A DNA stretch of 64,000 nucleotides, taken from positions 124,001 through 188,000 of the IMG/VR virus record IMGVR_UViG_3300037010_001702. The stretch is one strand, 5' to 3'. The notes under the pieces were generated by a model. That model did not search any database. It saw nothing but the letters and a program-made list of their open reading frames with translations, and had not been told where the DNA came from. Made by a program: the position numbers and the translations under genes. Shown here in pieces: positions 9,758 to 17,643 of this stretch. Within the stretch, counting starts at the first letter, position 1. Each line of letters opens with the position of its first letter.

Positions 9758-11514
9758 GCACACCTTTTAAATTTAAATCTTTGTCTTTGCGAAATTTTTT
9801 ATCGTTTGGCAACGTGGCTATTGAAATTGATCTTTCTGATACCACGAGCACCCTTGTTCAGGGAGATAATGCAGATACTGGTGGAGCGAATGGATGCGGA
9901 AAAACAACTATTCTAAATGCAATCTGTTATGCTCTCTATAACAAACCATTCGATAACATCTCTCTGCAAAAGCTGATTAACACTACCAACAGTTCAAAGA
10001 ACACTTTGATGGAAGTTAGATTGACCTTTGAAAAGGGCAAAGATGTGTTTGAAATCCTCCGGCAACGTGGTGAAACTTTCAACATCAATATATCAATGAA
10101 TGGTGAAGATGTAACACTTGATAGTGTTACAGAGAATGATAGGTTCATATGCGAGATAGTTGGTATGAGCTACGAACTATTCACTAAGGTTGTTATCTTC
10201 TCTGGAAGTTCGACTCCATTCCTGCAAATGCCTGTCTCACAACAGCGTGCGCAAATTGAAGAGCTCTTCAACATCACCATGCTTACGGAGAAGGCGATTA
10301 AGCTAAAGGAAATCATCAAGACAACTGAAGGTAGCATTGCAATTCAAGAAGCTATCATCAAGGAACAAGAAGGCCAAGTAGCTCTCTACAATCGACAGCT
10401 AAAAGATGCGGCTGCTCGTGTATTTCGGTGGGATGAAGATCGTGAAAAGCAAGTTAACATTCTGCGCAGTGAACTTCATCGGGTGCAGCAAGTTAATATG
10501 GCTGAGGAAAAGGAACTCCACGCTCTGGTAGCTGACTTAGCAAAGCAAGAACGTGAGATAAATGCTCAGCTTCAAGTTCTTAGAACTGAAAAACTTGCAA
10601 TGTCAAATGATGCGAAGAAGCTTGATGGCGAATTAAAGCATCTGACAGAAGCTAAGTGTCCTTACTGTTTGCAAGCGTATGCAGGTGCTGCAGATAAGCT
10701 GGTAGAAAAGCAGAAGTTATTCGAGCGTAAGAAGAGCCAGCTTGCTGATCTTACTGCTAAGATTGATAACAAGACTACAGAATCTATCGAGCTAGAAGAT
10801 CAGCAGGCTGCAGCTAAAGAGGTTATGCAGTTTTCTAGCTTAGAAGCAGCAATCAAAGCAGAAAATTCTGCTCTCACCGCGCAGTCTAAGATCGATGATC
10901 TCGTTGCGTCTGCAAACCCTCACATTGAAGCTCATGAACAGCTGAAGTCGCAAGCAGTCAAGACTGTTTCGTACTCTGACTTGGATAACATTCGAAAGGA
11001 ATTAGAGCACCAGCAATTCTTGCTGAAGCTTCTTACAGATAAGAACTCGTTCATTCGTCGTAAGATTATCAGCAAGACAATTCCTTTCTTGAACAAGCAG
11101 CTTATGCTCTATACAAAAGAGACAGGTCTTCCTCACGTTGTAAAGTTTGATGATGACATGAGCTGCACAGTTTCTGAATATGGGCGTGAACTAGATTTCG
11201 GTAATCTATCTGGTGGTGAAAAGAAGCGAGTCAACCTTTCCCTATCATTAGCATTCAGAGATGTGCTTCATCACCTTCACTCATGGGTAAATTGTTTATT
11301 CATAGACGAGATTGATGCTTCATTAGACGGGTCTGGTGTTGAAAGTATTTTTAAACTACTAAAGACTAAAGCTAGAGATGAACATCTCGGGCTTTGGATT
11401 ATCTCTCACCGCCCAGAAGCAGTAGGAAGATTTGATAGAACGGTTATTGTTCGTAAAGAGAATGGCTTCTCTAGAATTCTAGATGAGAGTGGTTCTGAGT
11501 TAGGAGTAACATGA
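9754..11514 (+). CDS. gp46: Recombination endonuclease ATPase subunit gp46 (SbcC/Rad50-like)
   Basis: RNFLSFGN, Walker A GANGCGKTT, CPYC zinc hook, LSGGEKKR signature, FIDE, ISH. Confidence 0.95.
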   Translation: MSTPFKFKSLSLRNFLSFGNVAIEIDLSDTTSTLVQGDNADTGGANGCGKTTILNAICYALYNKPFDNISLQKLINTTNSSKNTLMEVRLTFEKGKDVFEILRQRGETFNINISMNGEDVTLDSVTENDRFICEIVGMSYELFTKVVIFSGSSTPFLQMPVSQQRAQIEELFNITMLTEKAIKLKEIIKTTEGSIAIQEAIIKEQEGQVALYNRQLKDAAARVFRWDEDREKQVNILRSELHRVQQVNMAEEKELHALVADLAKQEREINAQLQVLRTEKLAMSNDAKKLDGELKHLTEAKCPYCLQAYAGAADKLVEKQKLFERKKSQLADLTAKIDNKTTESIELEDQQAAAKEVMQFSSLEAAIKAENSALTAQSKIDDLVASANPHIEAHEQLKSQAVKTVSYSDLDNIRKELEHQQFLLKLLTDKNSFIRRKIISKTIPFLNKQLMLYTKETGLPHVVKFDDDMSCTVSEYGRELDFGNLSGGEKKRVNLSLSLAFRDVLHHLHSWVNCLFIDEIDASLDGSGVESIFKLLKTKARDEHLGLWIISHRPEAVGRFDRTVIVRKENGFSRILDESGSELGVT

Positions 11515-11661
11515 TAAGTAGAGTTCCAATGACACCAGGACAGCTGAATGACGCGATTTGGTTTCTGCCAACATGACAGTAAATGGACTGTAAGACTTGA
11601 TATGTGGTGGTTTGGCTACAGACTAACGTAGTCATCCTGTGCCCTTTTATTTCCCTATGCC

Positions 11662-11669
11662 TATAAATA
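11662..11669 (+). promoter_or_regulatory. T4 late promoter TATAAATA
   Basis: Exact consensus immediately upstream of the GIY-YIG gene. Confidence 0.7.
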
Positions 11670-11673
11670 CAGG

Positions 11674-12396
11674 ATGGGTGGAATATATTTTATTTTTTGC
11701 AAAACAAACAACAAGACTTATATTGGTTCAGCAAAGAACCTTCATACTCGGTGGGATGAGCATAGAGGAATGCTTATTAAGCAAACTCACTTTAACAGAA
11801 ATTTGCAAAGTGCATGGAACAAATACGGTGCGGAACAATTTGAATATTCTATTAAAGAAGAGCTGGGCGAGTATGACAAGAAATATTTCTTTCTTAGAGA
11901 GAATTATTGGATTGATTTGTATAGAGAAAGTAAAATACCGATTTTTAACATTGCTAGAGCTGAAGGTGGATGGGGCCCTGAAACATTCTTAAGAAAGAAT
12001 GAAATAGGGGCCAAGATTTCTACTTCACTTAAGGAGCATGCCAAATCCCTTACTCAAGAAGAGCGAAATGCTCTTTATGGTAAAGGGAAAAAGGGTATTG
12101 CACTTAGTGAAGAGCACAAAAGAAAAACATCTGAAGGTCTAAGGGGAATAAAGAAATCCGAAGAAACTAAAAAACGGATGTCCTTAGCTCAGCAAAATAC
12201 AAATCCTATGAGAGCAGAAAACATGGCTCACATAGGAAAACAAAATATCGGAAGAACTCCCATTAATGCAATACCAATAATTATAGATGGGGTTGAATAC
12301 AAATCCTGTCAACTAGCATCTATCGTTTTGGGAATTCCTTATAGGCAGGTAACTAAAATGAGAAAGGCTCAAAATGACAGTCGAAAAGACGGATAA
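11674..12396 (+). mobile_element. Free-standing GIY-YIG homing endonuclease with NUMOD3-like repeats (intact)
   Basis: GGIYFIFC..NKTYIGSA, RW.EH, LQSAWNKYG, RENYW, FNI; SEEHKRK and SEETKKRMS repeats. Confidence 0.9.
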
Positions 12397-12925
12397 GAAA
12401 AAGAGATTTAATTCCAAGGGGAAAGGCAATGGATTTGAATTAACAGTAGCAAAGAAATTATCAACTGCGCTTGCGCCTCTTACCTTTATACGCGCGCCCC
12501 AGAGCGGGGCGCGCGTAGGTGGTAAGAACTTCGAAATCTTTGGTAAGATGTTCGGTGAAGATGCTATGAAGCTTTTCGTGGGTGATGTTGTTCCTACAAA
12601 TGAAAAAGATACTCAAACAGTATTCCATTGGTCTATTGAATGCAAATCTTATGCTAAGTCAGATAGCTTTGAAACAATGGTTGCAGGCAACTCAAACATC
12701 TTCAAATGGTTTGAAGAATCAGTTATCGATGCTGCTAAGACTAACAAGAAACCTATCCTGGTGTTTAAATGGAACCATACACCTGTCTATGTTGCTGTTA
12801 GTGGTGAAGACAGCAGGCCCGAAAGAGAACGTATGACAATATCACAAGGTGCTCGGTCATTAGACATATTTTATCTTGATGATCTTTTGCAGGTCCCAAG
12901 CTTCTGGTATGGGAGCAGTGTATAA
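12374..12925 (+). CDS. PD-(D/E)XK nuclease, Holliday junction resolvase-like
   Basis: SKGKGNGFE..VAK, R.P.SGA, GD, IECK motifs. Confidence 0.75.
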   Translation: MTVEKTDKKKRFNSKGKGNGFELTVAKKLSTALAPLTFIRAPQSGARVGGKNFEIFGKMFGEDAMKLFVGDVVPTNEKDTQTVFHWSIECKSYAKSDSFETMVAGNSNIFKWFEESVIDAAKTNKKPILVFKWNHTPVYVAVSGEDSRPERERMTISQGARSLDIFYLDDLLQVPSFWYGSSV

Positions 12926-13584
12926 TGGATAATGCAAAGACAGTAGAGGATATTAACCGTTGGAATGCTAAACTTGATGTCTATCGTCCAACAACAGAGT
13001 TTTCAGATTTGCTTAAGATTGTCGCATGTTACTATGAACAGTATTCTCGTGCAGTAACATTCTTAGGACCATGGATAGCTAAGCAGTTCGGCAGCACGAT
13101 GTTCTTCTCACCTACGAAGGAGCAAATGGAAACAGCTTTGGGAACACAGAGACCGGCAATTAGCTTTAGAGCTAGGACAGCATTTATTGATGCGCTCATT
13201 AGTTATCTTTCTAAGAATAAAGGAAAGAAAACTTTGATCACTCCTAGCCCAAGCTCTCACCACTCTGCACAGTTCCCGTCTGGAACATTTGAGATTAGTG
13301 AAGTAAAGGATGCTCATCCTAGACTTAGAGATGATAAGATGATTAGGAAGGAAGTTAGAACGCTTCATAAGATTGAGTTTGCTAACGCGCAAGAACCAGT
13401 CTATGTAGAGAATTTGGTTATCCCTCCAGATCAAATCAGTTTTATCATCTTGCGGCCCAAGCTTGGTAAGTTAGGAACAGCAAGTGCTAATAGATGGGAA
13501 GTATTATTGTATAAGCGCCATCACGGGTATATTGTGGAGCATGTTGACTCCCATCTTAACCCTAAGTTTTCTGGCATTTTTTAG
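12925..13584 (+). CDS. Hypothetical protein
   Basis: 219-aa ORF translationally coupled to the upstream gene. Confidence 0.7.
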   Translation: MDNAKTVEDINRWNAKLDVYRPTTEFSDLLKIVACYYEQYSRAVTFLGPWIAKQFGSTMFFSPTKEQMETALGTQRPAISFRARTAFIDALISYLSKNKGKKTLITPSPSSHHSAQFPSGTFEISEVKDAHPRLRDDKMIRKEVRTLHKIEFANAQEPVYVENLVIPPDQISFIILRPKLGKLGTASANRWEVLLYKRHHGYIVEHVDSHLNPKFSGIF

Positions 13585-13586
13585 AT

Positions 13587-14014
13587 CTATTTTGAGCTGA
13601 TATTTTGAGTTTTGCTAAATGTTCTGGAGAAAATTTTCGCCCCTTTAGAGCTAAGGACTGTTTGTTTTTTTGTTTCTTCTGAAAGTTTTTTGCCTAGTTG
13701 TGCTTGAGACATATTGAACCGTGCTTCTTCTGATCTCTTTTCGCCTGTGCGTTTAAGTATGTTTTCTTCAGACATTCTTCTGCCTTTATTTGCTTTAGAT
13801 ATGCGGGCCTTAGTTTCGTCAGACGTGGCCGGCCTTTTTCTTAGTTTAGCAGATTCAGACATTTTGATTTTTGCATCTTCAGTATGAGTTTTCCCTTGCC
13901 ACCACATGATTTAGGTATGATGTGATGTTTTTCAAAAGGCTTTTGAATTTCACGGTGCTTAGCACGTTCTATTATCGAAGTGTACCAGGTAGAATATTTT
14001 GATTTATTAAGCAT
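13587..14014 (-). pseudogene. Decayed HNH/NUMOD3 homing endonuclease
   Basis: KYSTWY..II.RA..EKHHIIPKSCGG is followed, via a frameshift, directly by NUMOD3 repeats (HTEDAKIKMS, SDETKARIS); the rest of the HNH core is missing. TATAAATA lies on the minus strand at 14046-14053. Confidence 0.8.
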
Positions 14015-14062
14015 GATAAACAACGGATTAAAGTTAGAGTTAACTTATTTATAGGAAAAATA

Positions 14063-14284
14063 ATGAACAGTAAGAAAGCAAAGAAACTTCGTCAGCTCAC
14101 TAGAGTCATGCAAGACAAGGGTGTAGTAGATAAGGAATGGAAGGTGGGAGGAAGCATCTCGCATGATCGTTCTACCATGGATGATGTGGTGATGGGCACA
14201 ATGACTTCAGTAAAGCAAAGTGTGCTCAAACCAGAATGTGGTCAGGCAGTTTATAAAGCAATGAAAAAGAGGGCAATGCCGTGA
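14063..14284 (+). CDS. Hypothetical protein
   Basis: 73-aa ORF with AGGA RBS. Confidence 0.65.
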   Translation: MNSKKAKKLRQLTRVMQDKGVVDKEWKVGGSISHDRSTMDDVVMGTMTSVKQSVLKPECGQAVYKAMKKRAMP

Positions 14285-14772
14285 TCAAAGTTCTTCAACC
14301 ACCTGCAGCAGTTGAGGCGGTTAATCCAAATGTCTTGACAATATTCTTAGCTGGTTCTATTGAGATGGGAACTGCTGAAGATTGGCAGAAAAAGCTTATT
14401 TATGATCTTCATCAGTTAGTTGCAGTAGCATTTAATCCTAGACGAGATGACTGGGACCCGAAGTGGGCACAAACTATTGTGAATGATAATTTTAGAGCTC
14501 AAGTTATCTGGGAATTAGATGCACTTGACCGTGCTGATCTGGTTATATTTTATTTTGATCCTAAAACTACGTCACCCATTACTCTAATGGAACTTGGCAT
14601 GCAAGCAGAGCAGCAGCAGTTCCAACCAGATAAAACTGTAATCGTATGTTGCCCTGAAGGTTATTTTCGTAAAGGCAACGTAGATATTGTATGCAAGCGA
14701 TATGGTATACAATTAGTAGATGAATATTCAAAGCTTGTAAAAGCTATCAAGAAACATTACACTGAACTCTGA
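14281..14772 (+). CDS. Nucleoside 2-deoxyribosyltransferase-like protein
   Basis: IFLAGSI, DWQ, FNPRR, QV.WE, SPITLMELG, RKGNV. Confidence 0.85.
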   Translation: MIKVLQPPAAVEAVNPNVLTIFLAGSIEMGTAEDWQKKLIYDLHQLVAVAFNPRRDDWDPKWAQTIVNDNFRAQVIWELDALDRADLVIFYFDPKTTSPITLMELGMQAEQQQFQPDKTVIVCCPEGYFRKGNVDIVCKRYGIQLVDEYSKLVKAIKKHYTEL

Positions 14773-16028
14773 TGTTAGTATTCCACCCTGTAGAAGTAGA
14801 ACAAGATTTGAATCGTGATAATCCTCTGTTCGTCGGCAATTTCTTTAATCTTGATGGCATGTGGTGGAGAAAACGAAAGCAGCGGCAAGGTCTAATCTTA
14901 TCAATGGCTGTAGCTTGGTATCGATTAACTAAACGGAATTCTGCCGCTCCTGGTTTTATCGGCGAAGAAGTGCTAATTACCTCTTTGACTAAACAAGTCA
15001 AGGATGCGAAAGTTATCCTTGAGAAATTCTTCACGATAAACCAGATCGGTTACAATTTCGGTAATGGCAACAAGCAAGCAACTCAAATAAGCCCGAAGAG
15101 ATTGAGTGGTAAGATGATGGCAGCAATCATCAACATCATTGATGAAGTTCAATTTGCGCCAGGACTTCCACCGACAGATGAGAACCTAACTGTATCAACA
15201 GTCAAGATACAGCCAGGAATTTCAGTAGCTGTCATTCGACGCTTAGAGGATGAAGAACGTGAGGACCTTATCCCAGCTGTAAGATGGCTTCTAAAGCAAG
15301 AGACCCACAAGTTCTACTATGAACGAGCTGGCACTCTGCTTGCACGCGATAAGTCTGTTTGGCCTATCAAGGCAATTGAGATGTGGCCTGGTTGGTTGCG
15401 CACGATGCTATTTGGCAGAGTGATTGACATCGAAAATGCTTATTGCCAGTTCATTATCAAAACGATTGCACCAAAGTATAAAGACAATCCAGCAAAGATG
15501 ACGATGAAGTACCCAGACTTAGTTCGTTTGGATAAAGATAAAACAAACTATCGCGTTGAACTTTGTAGAGACCTAAAGTTAGAACCTACTGATGACAACA
15601 TTTCTCTTGTTAAAAGATTGATCATGTCCTTAGCAAATGGATCTAACGCAACCCCAGCACTCATGATGAACGGGTCTGGTAGATCTGAAGCAGTACGGAT
15701 TGTTCATGAAATGAATCCTGATTTACTACCTTCTGATCTAATCGTAATAGGGAATAAACTATCCTCTATCGCAAAGCAGTTTAAAAGCATTAAGAAAGAT
15801 TTATGCTTGCATGTGTTGAAAATTAAACCTTCACGTGAAAACCAAAAGAAAATCTTCAAGATGTATTTTGGCTGGGAGCGTGAGTGCAGATATAAAATAT
15901 GGAACATGGTTGGCCAATCTGGATTGCATTTACACGATGGAATAGATGGCGCGATTATGGTCAACCCTGAAAAAATCGTAGATGAAATATACGAGCTACA
16001 CCAATTACGCGTGAGTGTTGAAGCGTGA
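14772..16028 (+). CDS. Hypothetical protein with family-A-polymerase-like motifs
   Basis: VIDIENAY (motif A-like), VKRLIMSLANG (motif B-like), LHLHDGI (motif C-like). Confidence 0.5.
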   Translation: MLVFHPVEVEQDLNRDNPLFVGNFFNLDGMWWRKRKQRQGLILSMAVAWYRLTKRNSAAPGFIGEEVLITSLTKQVKDAKVILEKFFTINQIGYNFGNGNKQATQISPKRLSGKMMAAIINIIDEVQFAPGLPPTDENLTVSTVKIQPGISVAVIRRLEDEEREDLIPAVRWLLKQETHKFYYERAGTLLARDKSVWPIKAIEMWPGWLRTMLFGRVIDIENAYCQFIIKTIAPKYKDNPAKMTMKYPDLVRLDKDKTNYRVELCRDLKLEPTDDNISLVKRLIMSLANGSNATPALMMNGSGRSEAVRIVHEMNPDLLPSDLIVIGNKLSSIAKQFKSIKKDLCLHVLKIKPSRENQKKIFKMYFGWERECRYKIWNMVGQSGLHLHDGIDGAIMVNPEKIVDEIYELHQLRVSVEA

Positions 16029-16068
16029 CTGAAGTATTAAGGGAGGAAGAATCTTTTGACATAAATGA

Positions 16069-16236
16069 TTACTATTAGATTCACAAAATAATATTTGGCC
16101 GTTGTGCGGGAATAATTTAGACACTGAAGACGCAGTATTAGACCACTGCCATGATAGTGGTAATATTCGAGCCGTACTCCATGATCGGTGCAATAGAGCA
16201 TTAGGATTTACAGAATGGGCTATCATTCTTTCCTAG
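16069..16236 (+). pseudogene. Endonuclease VII-family (His-Me) endonuclease remnant
   Basis: Hand translation LLLDSQNNIWPLCGNNLDTEDAVLDHCHDSGNIRAVLHDRCNRALG; preceded by an in-frame stop, with no start codon. Confidence 0.7.
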
Positions 16237-16486
16237 AAGGGTGTTCAGCAGTCACTGACATGGGCCAAGTCAATGAATAGTTTATTGGTTATTGCCGGAC
16301 ACCGTCAAAAATCATTTCATCTAGACTTACAAGAGCAATGCTAACAGGCAGATATTGCCTGCCACGGTGAATTGACGTGGCATTGTGATCCCGCTAAGCT
16401 GCATGTTGAAAACACCAAATATAGAATTTATAAATTCTATAAGAACATTTACTATGCAACAATTGATTAGTATTAGTATGACGAAC

Positions 16487-16521
16487 AAAGGGCTCCTTAT
16501 TTAAGGGAGCCCTTTTCTTTT
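16487..16521. terminator. Bidirectional intrinsic terminator
   Basis: AAAGGGCTCCTTATTTAAGGGAGCCCTTTTCTTTT hairpin between convergent genes. Confidence 0.8.
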
Positions 16522-16552
16522 GCCTCTACAAGTGTCTGAATTCGAGGCGCGA

Positions 16553-16777
16553 TCAGAATACTGGGAACATTGTCTTTGAAGCTATCTTCAATCGTTCATT
16601 GATAAACTCAACGGCCATTTCACGTTCTCCTTGGGACATTAGGAGCACTTGGTGATAAGACCAAGCACCTCTTGAGTAGTATGAAATTTCAAGAGCTGAC
16701 TTAACGAGCATCTTGATCTCGGCGCCGAGCTTTACGATCAGGTTTTGCACGGCTCCAATGTCCCCCAGTCTAATCAT
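16553..16777 (-). CDS. Small baseplate assembly protein (gp51-like, tentative)
   Basis: Coupled to the gp26-like gene; YYSRGAWSY..LMS..ERE pattern. Confidence 0.5.
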   Translation of the reverse strand: MIRLGDIGAVQNLIVKLGAEIKMLVKSALEISYYSRGAWSYHQVLLMSQGEREMAVEFINERLKIASKTMFPVF

Positions 16778-17556
16778 TCGGTGAAAAAAGACACTGGGTT
16801 GATTGGAATTTCAACCTCAAAATCCTTTCCACAATCCTTGCAAGTGCACTTCCACTTAAGGTCTGGGCCCCAGCTGTTTATCTTCTCAACCTTCTCAGCA
16901 ATTCTAGCCACAAGCGGTGATGAGATGTGTCTAGCCCATTCTTCAATGTGCGCTCTGTCCGTAACACCATCAACTGACTCTATGACACCAAGCAACATCA
17001 TGATAAGGTTGGTTTGTTGGTCTTTAGGTGTAATTGCGGTTTTGTTTGTATTTGCCTTGATCAAGTTGAGAACTTCATCATAGCGATTTGGACGCAGTGT
17101 GACAACTTGTTTGTTTGGTAGCGTAATGGTGTACATCGACTGAATCATGGTTGGATCAACTGACGTCATGTTGTTTATGAGCGTGTCAATGTCAGCGAGG
17201 TAATTGTGGTTCTTTCCGTCAGTACAGAAGTGCTTAGCTGAAAATTCATAGCTTGGACCATATGTAACGACTCGAAGGAAAAGCATGATAGCATCTACAT
17301 CCTTTGACAGTAAGTCTTCAGGTTTATCGATCCCTGTAATACACTGCTTAAAGACTGTCTTAACAGCTTCACCTGAGAAAAGCTGATCAGGGTTCTTCAT
17401 GTTGATTTCGTCCAGCGCACTCATAGGGTGAACGTGAATTTCACCATCCTTTACACCTGGGGATAGTTCACCATTCTTGTAAAACATTCCTTTTGATGGA
17501 AGCTGAAAGATTCTGCCTGGTAGGCGTAGATTGGCTAAAAGTGGATTTTCTGACAT
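16774..17556 (-). CDS. gp26: Baseplate hub assembly chaperone gp26-like
   Basis: LPSKG.FY, PMSALDE, D.DAIMLFLRVVTYG, C-terminal CKDC..INPVSFF. Confidence 0.75.
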   Translation of the reverse strand: MSENPLLANLRLPGRIFQLPSKGMFYKNGELSPGVKDGEIHVHPMSALDEINMKNPDQLFSGEAVKTVFKQCITGIDKPEDLLSKDVDAIMLFLRVVTYGPSYEFSAKHFCTDGKNHNYLADIDTLINNMTSVDPTMIQSMYTITLPNKQVVTLRPNRYDEVLNLIKANTNKTAITPKDQQTNLIMMLLGVIESVDGVTDRAHIEEWARHISSPLVARIAEKVEKINSWGPDLKWKCTCKDCGKDFEVEIPINPVSFFTE

Positions 17557-17643
17557 CCTGTTCTCCTATTTTTTGTTATCTGATTATGTAATAAATAATT
17601 TGTTATTCTATATTTACATCAAACTGGACTCTTTCAGAATCAC

